Source: a virus (Duplodnaviria > Caudoviricetes). Taken from it: 53,887 nucleotides of DNA. The position numbers and the translations under genes were made by a program. Below, in pieces: positions 28,283 through 38,163 of the stretch; the first letter of the stretch is position 1, and each line of letters opens with the position of its first letter. The stretch is taken from positions 1-53,887 of IMG/VR virus record IMGVR_UViG_3300050343_000164. One strand, given 5' to 3'. Under the pieces are notes generated by a model that saw only the letters and a list, made by a program, of their open reading frames with translations, searched no databases and had not been told where the DNA came from.

Positions 28283-30144
28283 TAATTAGCCTCCAACGCA
28301 GAGAGTCGGGTCTGTAAGTCTTCGATGATTGCTTGCTGTTCTTGGATGGCTTTGGTCAACAGAGGAACTAGCTTGCTTTGGTCTATGCCTTGGTATTGGG
28401 GAACCTCGCGCGTTCCCATGACAGCGTCCTCAATGGTATTTCCCATGTCGTCTAAAACTGCCGGAGTAATTTCATACTCCTCATTTCTCATGCCGTCTTT
28501 TTCGCCTGATACCGCCTCCGGTACTACCTCAGAAACTTCGTGGGCAATAAAGCCATCTACTGTTACGTTGGCGTCAGCAGTAAAATTGAACTGATACACA
28601 GGAATCTGCTTTAGTCGGTCTACCGCGTTATCTAAGTTGACTATATTTTCTTTTAGTCGGTAGTCAGAACTGGTGTTGTAGCTAGTGGAGCTTGCAGAAG
28701 TGGTGATACCTCCAATATTGGTGCCACCCCTATAAAACAATACGCAGTTTTGGTTCGCGGTTGTATCACTCGATCTGATGTAAAGTATGGGGAATCCACC
28801 CGAAACATCGGTAGCCTCAAAAGTAGCGGCGCACCCTCGAACTGTGTTTTTAACGGTAAATCTTTCTTGGGCACTCCCGTTAAATATATTGGTGTTATGG
28901 CCGACCCTCAGACCGCCAGTTTCGTCTATCTTCATTACCTGATTCGCGGGTGAAGTCGTATTCTGAAAAACAAAGGAACCTGCGACTGAGTTTCCAGCAA
29001 GAAAGCTCATGATCTTACTGCCATTGCTACTATCGTTCCTCACAGAAGCATTGCCAGCTTGGTCTTGATACAGGATAAAGTTGTGACCTGCATTAACATT
29101 CCTTAAATCCATCCGCGCCCAATTAGCCGCTGAGTTATCAGACTCAACAACTATCCCTCTTCCGTAGGCGGACGATCCCTTTACCACTAATTTATCGTGA
29201 GCAGATGAAAACGTCGCAGTGTTAATACCCACGTTGTTACCAGAGAACGTAGCGCTGCCATTGTTTTTTATGGAGAACTTTTCTCCAAGGTGAGTGTCAA
29301 TGGTTAATCTGACTACTCCAGAGCCATCCGTTTTTACCTTGTGTTGAAATCCGTAGGTGTTCCAGTTGGTTGTAGCCCCCGTCCATCCAGAAGTTCCAGC
29401 GATAAGGTATGCAGAATCTACGTTAGATGAGAAGCTCGTACCGTCTGTTCTTACTGCGTCACTAATTACGGAGCCTGTAGAGGTTAGGCTACCTACAGTC
29501 ACAGCATTAGTAGTCGTAGCACCGTTATCAGTTATCGCATCTAGGTTTACCGCAGAAGTTAGCTTCGCAGGTGAGACTGTATTGTCGCTTGGCTCACCAA
29601 TATCAAGTGTCTTTGCTAGATCTACGATGTAGTCGATACTATCAGCGCTAGTCAAAGCGGATGCGAAGGTCAGCGTACTGCCGCTAATAGTAAATGCGTC
29701 AGTAGGCTCTTGAGTGACACCGTTTAGCGACACGACGAGCGCGTTGACGTTAGAGGGAGAGTAGGCAACCCCGCCAACCGCCATGCTATAACTCGCCGTG
29801 GCAGATGCGGTAAGCGAATCCAGCTTGACTACATCTGTTCCCGTTAACGCCTGCTCAAGAAGTCCGGCAGTAACGCGCAGTTCGGCCTTATCCGCCGACG
29901 CAAACGCTCTAGCCGTTGTCCCTTCCTGCGCCCTAACAACTGTTAGCGTGTTCCCAGAAATGGCCGTTACCTTAACGATCTCTAATACATCAGGATCTGC
30001 AACCGTAATAAGGGTGCATAGCGTATGATCGCCAGACCCCAATGTCGGCCACGCAGCAGCATCCACTACAGCAATGCTAGTAGCGGATGAGGTAATGCCT
30101 GAAGAGAGTGTAGTCTTGGCGTTATTGCTAAACTTAACCGCCAT
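28282..30144 (-). CDS. Tail fibre with C-terminal intramolecular chaperone (peptidase S74 type)
   Basis: SNNAKTTL...EIVKVTA..LTVVRAQEGT anchor; TSSDYRLKENI, GFIAHEV, IDQSKLVPLLTKAIQE. Confidence 0.9.
   Translation of the reverse strand: MAVKFSNNAKTTLSSGITSSATSIAVVDAAAWPTLGSGDHTLCTLITVADPDVLEIVKVTAISGNTLTVVRAQEGTTARAFASADKAELRVTAGLLEQALTGTDVVKLDSLTASATASYSMAVGGVAYSPSNVNALVVSLNGVTQEPTDAFTISGSTLTFASALTSADSIDYIVDLAKTLDIGEPSDNTVSPAKLTSAVNLDAITDNGATTTNAVTVGSLTSTGSVISDAVRTDGTSFSSNVDSAYLIAGTSGWTGATTNWNTYGFQHKVKTDGSGVVRLTIDTHLGEKFSIKNNGSATFSGNNVGINTATFSSAHDKLVVKGSSAYGRGIVVESDNSAANWARMDLRNVNAGHNFILYQDQAGNASVRNDSSNGSKIMSFLAGNSVAGSFVFQNTTSPANQVMKIDETGGLRVGHNTNIFNGSAQERFTVKNTVRGCAATFEATDVSGGFPILYIRSSDTTANQNCVLFYRGGTNIGGITTSASSTSYNTSSDYRLKENIVNLDNAVDRLKQIPVYQFNFTADANVTVDGFIAHEVSEVVPEAVSGEKDGMRNEEYEITPAVLDDMGNTIEDAVMGTREVPQYQGIDQSKLVPLLTKAIQEQQAIIEDLQTRLSALEAN
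29473..29493. repeat. 21-bp direct repeat, copy 2
   Basis: GCCTGTAGAGGTTAGGCTACC. Confidence 0.9.
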
Positions 30145-30158
30145 CTAATAACTCCTTT

Positions 30159-30581
30159 TTAACTAACGGTCACTGCCCAGCTAATCGTCATAGAATCAGA
30201 CGCGCCTTTGTTTACAACACTGAATACTGTTCGGCAGAGCATTGAGCCGCCTGACGAAGCGTTGAACAAACCTGCTTCAGTGACTGCACCAGTGCCGTTT
30301 CCTGCGGCAAAGGTGGCGGAATAAGTAACAACCGCACCAGAGGCGCTGGACGTAGCCGACTGCCGGTCAAGCTCACTACCCAGCGCGGTGTCTCCAGCCG
30401 CCGCCGCAGTAGATCCGCTACCGATTGCCATGTTGTCCATCACATCAGCAGACGTACCAATCATGCGAGCGGCAACAAATTCCTTGCCAGCAGTCACAAC
30501 CAAGTTGTCAACTTCCTGCACTACGTTGTCGTTAATTGAAATGATGAGCCGTCCGGTCATCTTCATGTCGTCTTGAAACAT
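30159..30581 (-). CDS. Virion structural protein
   Basis: AGGAG RBS before MFQDD; NLVVTAG...MAIGSG...DTALGSE...TEAGLF. Confidence 0.8.
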   Translation of the reverse strand: MFQDDMKMTGRLIISINDNVVQEVDNLVVTAGKEFVAARMIGTSADVMDNMAIGSGSTAAAAGDTALGSELDRQSATSSASGAVVTYSATFAAGNGTGAVTEAGLFNASSGGSMLCRTVFSVVNKGASDSMTISWAVTVS

Positions 30582-30591
30582 TTCGTTTCTC

Positions 30592-31512
30592 CTACTCGTT
30601 GAATGCAAACGCATTGAATGCGCCGTTGTTGAATAAACTGCTTGAGCCATCACCTAACGCCACTAGGCTTACTGTGATCACCTCAGAAACGCCAAAAACG
30701 TCAGAAAAACTGGTGTCGAAATCAATTGCTGGAGAGTCACTTGGTGAAACACTATCGGATGGGCCGAGAGTAGAATCAAAAGCAAGGCTGTCCCCTACAG
30801 AAAGTGTCTCCGCTAACGAAGAGGCCATCTGTCTGGACAGCGCCTCCTGCATTTGCAGTGTGTCCGCTACAGATTTTTGAGCGGAGTAAGACAGGTTTTC
30901 CGTGACGCCAAAGACGTTGCCCTTGTCGAGATTCGTTTCTTTGAACAGATCTCCAATGCTCGCCAAGTCATCCATCGTAAATGCGTCTGAGAAGGATCTG
31001 ACAAAAGCCATGGTCTTGGTGAGCGACTCGGACATGGAGAGAGAATCGTCTTTGTTAAGCTCTGGTGTCACAGAAGGCGCATCAGAAACAGACAGACTGT
31101 CCGCTTGGGATGAACCAAAGCTGACGCTGTGTATTTCAGTAATCGATGCCGCATCGGTAAAGGCGCGGCTATAATCTATCGTTATACTAAGAACGTCCGT
31201 GACGTTAAAAATATCGCTCTCTGACTTGCTCACTGACTGCGCCAGTAGCTCCGTTATACCAAAGGAATCAGAAGCTGTTTTTGTAACCGTCAGGCTGGCT
31301 AGCTCCGCAACAGATAGCGAGTCCGCAAAGTATCGGTTGAGAGACTCAGCGACAACAAGGTAGCTCGCCGCCAAACCGATATATTCGAGGCCAGCCTGTA
31401 TATCTGCAAAGCTAACTCTGAGACTTGTGTTTACTGAACCCGAGGCGAAAGAAATTGCCGCCTTAGAAGCGGAAGCGCGTACTCTAGAAAATGAGTAGGA
31501 CGCTCTTAGCAT
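30592..31512 (-). CDS. Ser/Asp-rich repeat structural protein
   Basis: About 18-20-aa repeats of DSLSVSD type; ends FNNGAFNAFAFN. Confidence 0.75.
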   Translation of the reverse strand: MLRASYSFSRVRASASKAAISFASGSVNTSLRVSFADIQAGLEYIGLAASYLVVAESLNRYFADSLSVAELASLTVTKTASDSFGITELLAQSVSKSESDIFNVTDVLSITIDYSRAFTDAASITEIHSVSFGSSQADSLSVSDAPSVTPELNKDDSLSMSESLTKTMAFVRSFSDAFTMDDLASIGDLFKETNLDKGNVFGVTENLSYSAQKSVADTLQMQEALSRQMASSLAETLSVGDSLAFDSTLGPSDSVSPSDSPAIDFDTSFSDVFGVSEVITVSLVALGDGSSSLFNNGAFNAFAFNE

Positions 31513-31889
31513 CAGTCAAAATCTTCTCTAATCTTCAACTTCAGTAGGTCATTGACGGTCTGCTTGCCGCCACCGCTATAACTGATCTCAACCTCTGCCT
31601 CAAACAGACCCGCCTCGTTAAGGGTTCCAGAAGGAAAGTTAGTGAACGCTTTACCGTCTGTTGCTGGACTGGGAACTACCATCGTTAGTGTGCTGGCAAC
31701 TGTGGTTGAGCCAACCTTGCGGATACGCATAACAACCGTCGCGCCCGTCAGGTTAATCGGGTCCCAGGTGGCAGAATTGTTGGGGTCTAGGGCTTGCCCA
31801 GCCGCAGCTTTATTTGAGTCGCGCAGAGTCACAGTGACCTCTGGAAGCGTATCTCCCACCACTAGATTAATTGTGTCTGAGTACGCCAT
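31512..31889 (-). CDS. BppU-like Ig-fold structural protein
   Basis: GDTLP...INLTGATV..RIR...AGLFEAEVEI...QTV. Confidence 0.7.
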   Translation of the reverse strand: MAYSDTINLVVGDTLPEVTVTLRDSNKAAAGQALDPNNSATWDPINLTGATVVMRIRKVGSTTVASTLTMVVPSPATDGKAFTNFPSGTLNEAGLFEAEVEISYSGGGKQTVNDLLKLKIREDFD

Positions 31890-31911
31890 AGTTAATCCTC
31901 TGCAACATTAT

Positions 31912-31926
31912 ATTACCACTACTAAT
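31912..31926. promoter_or_regulatory. Palindromic operator-like site (1 mismatch)
   Basis: ATTAC CACTA CTAAT; the minus strand continues GTAATATAAT (-10-like). Confidence 0.75.
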
Positions 31927-31931
31927 AAAGT

Positions 31932-32279
31932 TTAGTAAGCCCAAACCACTGGTTCTGCGTTACGAATATCGACGTGAACAAAGGTCTTAGCTACTCCGAT
32001 GCCCCCAAAACCAAGGTCAAGGGCGTGTTGAATAATCGCTCTACGCTGCGCGCCGTTACTTATGGCAATATCTGCAGCAATTCCTTGAGCGTGAGTACCG
32101 GGAGTCTGCTTAGCAGCCTCGATACTGTGTCTTGCCGACCTAAATCCTGACGTTACTTTGAATGAAAAGCCGCATCGCGCTCTCAGCTCATCCAAACTAA
32201 ACAGAAACTCAGGTTTCATGTCGTTCTCACCTGTCTCTGAGCAATCAAACTCAGCTATGTCAAAGTATCGATAAGTCAC
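31932..32279 (-). CDS. Endolysin, peptidase M15A
   Basis: EFDC, TSGFR, H.QGIAADI, GIGV..FVHVD. Confidence 0.9.
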   Translation of the reverse strand: MTYRYFDIAEFDCSETGENDMKPEFLFSLDELRARCGFSFKVTSGFRSARHSIEAAKQTPGTHAQGIAADIAISNGAQRRAIIQHALDLGFGGIGVAKTFVHVDIRNAEPVVWAY

Positions 32280-32476
32280 TCTTTTCGTCCCGACCCCAGA
32301 AATAATCCAAAAGCGCCCGTGAGCGCTCCCGTCATGACACTCACTAATGATGCTTGCTGCGTGTCGGGGTCAGGCAACGACATGAACCAGTCCAACGTGT
32401 TCCATGTCATAGCCATCATCGTCAAAATTAATAATCTTGGGATGATTCTCCACCTGTCAAACGTCTCAGGGCTCAT
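32276..32476 (-). CDS. Small two-TM protein in the lysis cassette
   Basis: WRIIPRLL...WFMSLPDP; two hydrophobic helices. Confidence 0.7.
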   Translation of the reverse strand: MSPETFDRWRIIPRLLILTMMAMTWNTLDWFMSLPDPDTQQASLVSVMTGALTGAFGLFLGSGRKE

Positions 32477-32874
32477 TTGTCGCGATGCACCCCTTTAAAC
32501 TTTTCATATGTTCGAAGCCCGCCGAGCCCCAGCATCCCTAACAACACGGTCATCAGACTCTGCATATCAAAAGTCGGTAAGGCCGGAACTTCAGAACCTG
32601 TGTAAGCAGTCCAAAACAGGGTTACGGGCAGTCCCAGAAAGTGCCAAAACAGGGCTAGCGCGCAGGTCCAGCCGACAAAGGGTCTCCAGCCAGCAACGAA
32701 CAGTGACTTGTGCGCTGCTTCAGTCTTGTTTACCTCAAGCTGCCCTTTTGCCAGCTCATGTGCATGTCGCTCAGACATGGTGGCGATCTCATGCGCCAGC
32801 CTGTTGCGCTCATCCGCGTCAGGGATGAACTTATCTAGTAGCGTGCTGACTGGTCCTATAAGTGTTTCAAGCAT
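32473..32874 (-). CDS. Holin (3TM/GTA type)
   Basis: LDKFIPD, VNKTEAAH.SLFVAGWRPFVGW, LLGMLGLGGLRTYEK; start MLETLIG. Confidence 0.8.
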   Translation of the reverse strand: MLETLIGPVSTLLDKFIPDADERNRLAHEIATMSERHAHELAKGQLEVNKTEAAHKSLFVAGWRPFVGWTCALALFWHFLGLPVTLFWTAYTGSEVPALPTFDMQSLMTVLLGMLGLGGLRTYEKFKGVHRDK

Positions 32875-32882
32875 AAGGCCCC

Positions 32883-35800
32883 CTATAACTGGCTCCATAT
32901 TGGGAATAGGCGATTGTTAAAAGTCCTATCTACGCGCCATCCGTTCTGAAATGCCTCTTCAATGGTTTCTGCGGTAGGCCCAAGCAAACTAAATATGGCT
33001 GAGTTACCCCACTCTGCGTTTTGATGCGCCATACGAGCCATGCTCATAGGCCCCAAGAAGCCAGACTTGTCGACGATCTCGTACCAGTAATCATCCCAAT
33101 CCATTTTGTCGGAACGGAAATACTTGTCGTCAGCTTCTTTTCCCGGCAACAACCACGCCAGCCCGTTCTTAGCATGCTCACGCAGCTCCATACCCATCAT
33201 GGCAAGCGGCATCGTTGCCACTGCGGTGAGCAACAGAATTGCTGAAACTGCTGTCAACTGCGCCATTCCAGTTGTGTCATTGGTCCGAGCGTTTGCCTCG
33301 CGCAGCACACCGGCCATAATAGTTTTGTAATAGCTATAGAAATACGCCTTTAGCTGCCACGCTAATGCGAAACGGGGATCAGAAGCCCACACAGGGCGCT
33401 CTGCAGCGTTGGGGCGCATGATTGATGACTCTACAAAACGAGCCAGCGCGTCGCGCACCTTAGCGCCTTCGGGAGTATCGAAACTTTTGTTTTCGTTCCA
33501 CGCCAAAATCTCTTCAGCGGTGACGCCGAGCTCTTCTAGGTAGCGAGCAGAGTTCGGATTATTAAACTCGTTACGCGCGTGGTTCGTCAGAAATTGCACG
33601 CCCATGTTGGAAGCGAACTCACGGCTGAACTTGGTAAAAAAATCAAGGCCAATAAGTTTAAAGAAACCATCTGACAGCTCACGCACAAACGGGTCCATAT
33701 AGTCTTGCTCTGCCTGCGTTACCCATGCGTTTGCTACCGTCTCGCTAGTAACAACCCCTATGTCCCTGGCAAGTTGCTGTGCTTCTTGCCGATTTTTTAC
33801 GGTCGCAACAATTTCTTTGAAGCCAACCCACAGCCCGCTAAATTCCTTGTGGTTGATAATTGGGCCAGCAAGATCGGGCAGCGACGCAATAGTGGCGAAC
33901 GGCAGGATCGTAATGAACTGTATGAACTGGCCCCAACTGTTCAGCTTACGCATCCAAGGGGCTATCGGCTGCTTTTGGTAGCCCAGGTAACTACTAATCA
34001 CGTCCTCGGCGGTCTTACGATCTTCGTCTGATAACGCCGCTAGTCTCGCTTGCAGCGCCTCCGGTCCACCAGTCGCTTTGTTAAACTCAACGCGCTTAAT
34101 TACATGGCGCATGTAGTCAATAAATGCAGCGTCTGGAGAGTTTACGAAGCCGTAAAAATCGAGAAGCTCGCGGTCGATGTTTGCGGTCAGCTTAATTGCC
34201 TGCTCCACCGCAGCTGCCGGGTTCGTCGGGTCTATTGCGGGCTCTTCTTCAACAGACTGACCGAGCTTCACAAGGCGGTCGATTGCTTTATCGATTTTCT
34301 TCGCGGCCTCCGCTCTCTTTTTTGGCGTGTCTAACGTGGGGTCGTTATCAAGCAGCAGCTGCTTGAACACCTCTCGCCGCTCTATAAGCTCAGACAGATT
34401 TAGCGAAACCGGGAAATAATCAGGCCGCTTGCCGACGCCCGTGTTACTAGGCTCAACGTATTCGTCGTAGAAAGTCTCCAGGTAATCGCGGATCTGGCGA
34501 GCCACGCCTGTCAATTCAGCGGTGGATTTTGAGCTAAAAGCGCGCTCGAAACCGGCCTTAACTTCAGGCGAGCTCATGTCACCAATCTCACGCTCGAAGC
34601 GGTTTTTCCAACGACCAATAGTGACGTTGGTTGCTCGCAGAAACCCCAGCTTGCCTCGTGCCGCCAGATCCTGTGCTCGAACATAGAACATATTAGCAAC
34701 CTCGTCCCCAGCAATTTTCCGAAGAATGTTATCTGCAGGGAGTAGTAAGGTACGGATCGCACTTGCAAGATTGCTTTTTGTAACCTTGCTGTAGGCTCGT
34801 GCAACAGATCGCGCCCCTGGTATGTCTTGTGTCTGTTCCACAATGTCGGGAATCAGTGTCTGTTGCAGGGTTGTGGTGTTCGCTGTCTCGGTATGCACAA
34901 CTCCTGAATCCAGTACGCCGTCGATGTACTGCTCAAACGTCTCGTTGACCACGTCGTAATTAGCAAACGTGCGTTTGAAATTAACGCGGGTGATGCTGTT
35001 AAACAGATCTTTTAGGCGTCTCGCCAATTTCTTAAAGTGGCGCTCTGTTAAATTGCGAGCCTGTCGATTTATATACTGCTTCGTGGCCCAGCGAGCCACT
35101 TGGTCCGCGTACCATTCTTCAAAACCGAGAAGTTTTGCTGTTGTCGCGTTTTGACCGGCTCGATACGCTTCATAGCTCTTATATTTAGGACTATTTTTGT
35201 AGGCTTCTTCTAGCCTCTTTCGCAATGCAGGATTAGCCATGCCTTTGCTTTGCTCTTGGCGGAACAGCGCGTGGCCCAGTTCGTGCGCTACAGTCAGCGC
35301 GTCTTGCATAGAATTGCCGGTCTCTCTTATAACAATTGTGTTGGTCTGACTGTCGTAAAACCCGTACACAGCGGCTCTCGCTGCAAGCTTTGTACGCATG
35401 TTGATGATCGCGGCTGCAACACTCGGTGGATACTGATTTCGTATGTCAGCGTCAGACATACTTTGCAGCATAGAAAAACTAACAATCAGGGGGCGCTCTT
35501 CTAGGTTGAGCTGCTCCTGCAACTGGTCATGGATTGCCTTGACCAAAGGGTCACTCTGCCATGTCGCGGTTGGACGATTTGCTCGCGTTGGATCGACAGG
35601 TGTCTGAGTTGACGGGGCGGCACCTGTGCGGCGATCTGGTCCACCGCCAAACCGCTCGTCGCGAGTAGGCTCTTGGAGGGAGACCTCCTCGGTTTCCATT
35701 TCCGTACTAGCGGCTCGCTGTGCTACGTCGTTGGGGTTTTCTTCGGATGTGTTACGAGCGTCTAGCTCAGGATCGAAGTCTCGGCGGATCGTCTCAGTTT

Positions 35801-37940
35801 GCCCCCGCTCAAAATCAGTGGGCAGCGAGTCATCGTTCGTTGTATCTCGCTCAACTGTTTCCTCTACTTCCGAAGCAAGCTCAGCGCCGCGCGGAGTGCG
35901 ATTCATCATGGAGCTAATTCGCCGTCCCCCGTCCTCACGACCCTTGTCGCCTGGGCCAAGCGCCACTACCGCGTCTAGCCCTTTGAACTGTCCGTTTGAC
36001 TCGTAATTAGCGGCGTCAAGGAAGCTCACGCCGTTCTTGTCTTGCAAGTCATAGCCTTCAATCGCGAGGTCCGCAAACATCTCGGCCATGCCTGCGCGCT
36101 GTGCGTTAAGGTTTCCGCCTGCGCCCGTAAATTGAGTGCCCTCTCGCCCCTCTACAAGCAAGCGACCAGCGTTTACCAAAGAAACAAGGCTGACCTCGGC
36201 AGTAGTACCATCTGGCCTAACAAGTACAGCGTTTCGAAACTTCTGCGGTGCTCCCTGCGCGTAGCCAACCTGCCGCTCAAGAAACTGCTGTAACGGAAGC
36301 CGCTCGATTTTTCCGTCGCGCTCAAAACGATACAGCTTGTCGAAATCCTGTCGGACAACTTCGAACTTGCCGTCGCGCTCGACAATGGACACGATCGAAC
36401 TTGGGTTTGATTTTTGCTCAGCAACTGCAGTTTCAAGCAGCTTCTGAGAAAACTGCTCTACGCGAGCGTCGTTACCAAACTCGGTAACAAAGGCTTCTCT
36501 CGCAGCCTGCTCGCCAGGAAATAGCTCGCCAGGATTGCGGCGAGCATAGCTAGCGACAATAGTCTCTTCGCCTTCGTCAACCTGAGACGCCGCGTCAACC
36601 TCGTCATCAATCTCCATAGAGCGGAGACCCTCATCCTCAACCTTTTGCTTGCGCGCTTCAAGGGCTTGGTCCGCTGATACCACGCGATACTGGTTGATGG
36701 GCGAAAGCTGTTCTGCTGCAGTTTTTGCTGCTTCGAGGTTAGCTGCGGTGGTCAGCTCTGCAGAGACTACGTTGCCTCTGTAATCTAGTGCCTCTACCAC
36801 CAAATCAGCACCATCTACTTTCTCGGACGTATACCCCAGTGCTACCGCTAGCGACTGTTCGTCAGCACCCGACTTAACAACCTCGTCTGCTAAGGCTTCG
36901 TTTTTAGTAACGATAGTCCCACGGCCCGGTATGTATCGAGCGTAGAAGACTTTGCCGTCTTCTTCATACCGACCGTCTTCTGGGAAGCGCTCTCTGCCCT
37001 GCTCTCCCGCGATCCAAACCGCGTTTTTTGTACTGTTACTATCATGGAGAGCGTCAAGCTGAGCATCAAGGTCAACCTTTGGCTCAGGGGTGGTTACTCC
37101 CGTATCGGTTTCACCAAACTGCTCCGCGTTAATATCTTCATTAACGCGCTGTTCTTGTGACTCATAAAGCTTTTCCTGTGCCTTAGCAAAGATACGCTTA
37201 GACTCACCGGCTGCTGCGCCCAAAGTGCCACCGGCTCCGCCTGCCGCACCACCACCAATAATGCCAGCGAACACGGATTCAGCTAAACGAAGCTTCGCTT
37301 CCTCGGCGGTAAACTCAGGATCTAAATCAAATCGATTAGCTACGCTAATACCTTCTTGCACAAACTCAGTCGCACCTTCGATTGCTCCACCCTTTACAAC
37401 AGCACCACCAATGTCAGAAGCCAATCGATTGAAGATGCCGCCTTCCTTGGCAGCGCGTTTACTGGCTACGTTCCCCACCAGCTTGAGCAAACCTACCTCA
37501 CCCAAAACTCCTACAGCGGCTTGCGGCGCACCAATAACTGCCGCTCTGAATGCCTGCATTGGATCTAGCTCCTTGCCGGAATCCAATGCTTCGGACAAAT
37601 TGCTGCCCGACAGTGGCGCATACTCCGACGCAAACGCGCCCCCGAGTGCTCCGCGCCGAAAGTACTTATACATCTCGTCTGCAAGCTGACTCTCATCTGG
37701 AGTAGCGACGCCCTTTGCTACTCTTTTTAATGAGTCAGAAACAACGCGCTTGGCCGCGCTACGGCCCGTTGCTGACAGGACTCCTCGCCCCGCTACTGCT
37801 GCGATGCCGCCTATCCCTGCGCCTGCAATCGAACTGATTGCGGAAGGGAGAACCTGCCCGCCCGCTTTGAATGCCTGTGTGACTAAACCGCCAAAAGTCG
37901 GCTGATCGAGAAACTCCTCAAAGGACTCAACGCCCTCCAT
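32883..37940 (-). CDS. Large internal virion (ejection) protein, main part
   Basis: 1685 aa, with an Ala/Gly-rich hydrophobic N-terminal region and a helical C-terminus; apparently continues from 38158 across a frameshift. Confidence 0.7.
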   Translation of the reverse strand: MEGVESFEEFLDQPTFGGLVTQAFKAGGQVLPSAISSIAGAGIGGIAAVAGRGVLSATGRSAAKRVVSDSLKRVAKGVATPDESQLADEMYKYFRRGALGGAFASEYAPLSGSNLSEALDSGKELDPMQAFRAAVIGAPQAAVGVLGEVGLLKLVGNVASKRAAKEGGIFNRLASDIGGAVVKGGAIEGATEFVQEGISVANRFDLDPEFTAEEAKLRLAESVFAGIIGGGAAGGAGGTLGAAAGESKRIFAKAQEKLYESQEQRVNEDINAEQFGETDTGVTTPEPKVDLDAQLDALHDSNSTKNAVWIAGEQGRERFPEDGRYEEDGKVFYARYIPGRGTIVTKNEALADEVVKSGADEQSLAVALGYTSEKVDGADLVVEALDYRGNVVSAELTTAANLEAAKTAAEQLSPINQYRVVSADQALEARKQKVEDEGLRSMEIDDEVDAASQVDEGEETIVASYARRNPGELFPGEQAAREAFVTEFGNDARVEQFSQKLLETAVAEQKSNPSSIVSIVERDGKFEVVRQDFDKLYRFERDGKIERLPLQQFLERQVGYAQGAPQKFRNAVLVRPDGTTAEVSLVSLVNAGRLLVEGREGTQFTGAGGNLNAQRAGMAEMFADLAIEGYDLQDKNGVSFLDAANYESNGQFKGLDAVVALGPGDKGREDGGRRISSMMNRTPRGAELASEVEETVERDTTNDDSLPTDFERGQTETIRRDFDPELDARNTSEENPNDVAQRAASTEMETEEVSLQEPTRDERFGGGPDRRTGAAPSTQTPVDPTRANRPTATWQSDPLVKAIHDQLQEQLNLEERPLIVSFSMLQSMSDADIRNQYPPSVAAAIINMRTKLAARAAVYGFYDSQTNTIVIRETGNSMQDALTVAHELGHALFRQEQSKGMANPALRKRLEEAYKNSPKYKSYEAYRAGQNATTAKLLGFEEWYADQVARWATKQYINRQARNLTERHFKKLARRLKDLFNSITRVNFKRTFANYDVVNETFEQYIDGVLDSGVVHTETANTTTLQQTLIPDIVEQTQDIPGARSVARAYSKVTKSNLASAIRTLLLPADNILRKIAGDEVANMFYVRAQDLAARGKLGFLRATNVTIGRWKNRFEREIGDMSSPEVKAGFERAFSSKSTAELTGVARQIRDYLETFYDEYVEPSNTGVGKRPDYFPVSLNLSELIERREVFKQLLLDNDPTLDTPKKRAEAAKKIDKAIDRLVKLGQSVEEEPAIDPTNPAAAVEQAIKLTANIDRELLDFYGFVNSPDAAFIDYMRHVIKRVEFNKATGGPEALQARLAALSDEDRKTAEDVISSYLGYQKQPIAPWMRKLNSWGQFIQFITILPFATIASLPDLAGPIINHKEFSGLWVGFKEIVATVKNRQEAQQLARDIGVVTSETVANAWVTQAEQDYMDPFVRELSDGFFKLIGLDFFTKFSREFASNMGVQFLTNHARNEFNNPNSARYLEELGVTAEEILAWNENKSFDTPEGAKVRDALARFVESSIMRPNAAERPVWASDPRFALAWQLKAYFYSYYKTIMAGVLREANARTNDTTGMAQLTAVSAILLLTAVATMPLAMMGMELREHAKNGLAWLLPGKEADDKYFRSDKMDWDDYWYEIVDKSGFLGPMSMARMAHQNAEWGNSAIFSLLGPTAETIEEAFQNGWRVDRTFNNRLFPIWSQL
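37335..37349. promoter_or_regulatory. Palindromic operator-like site, intragenic
   Basis: ATTAG CTACG CTAAT, a perfect copy inside the large virion gene. Confidence 0.5.
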
Positions 37941-38158
37941 AGCAGAGAGGCTGTGTACTCCTCGTTTTGACGAGCTTGGAAGATATTTTCTGCAGCGGCT
38001 TCGTCCGCCCCGACAAGCGTCTGTGCGAGCGCTTGAAAGTAGTCGATGTCGGTAGCGAGACCTTCGGCACCCGCCTGTACAGACCTAGAAAAAACCTCCG
38101 TAAGAGGCATTTCTCGCACCAGTCTGCCATTTTCAATTTTTGGGGGTTTAGAGGCCAA
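37883..38158 (-). CDS. Probable N-terminal fragment of the large internal virion protein
   Basis: TTG start; protein-like up to ...NEEYTAS, then out of frame with MEGVES. Confidence 0.55.
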   Translation of the reverse strand: MASKPPKIENGRLVREMPLTEVFSRSVQAGAEGLATDIDYFQALAQTLVGADEAAAENIFQARQNEEYTASLLWRALSPLRSFSISRLLAV

Positions 38159-38163
38159 CGTCT

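Noticed and set aside
26019-30144. Diversity-generating retroelement or invertase-driven tail switching
   Set aside because: There is no reverse transcriptase, no ~100-bp TR/VR pair with A-specific mismatches, and no invertase. The only repeat seen is a 21-bp direct one.
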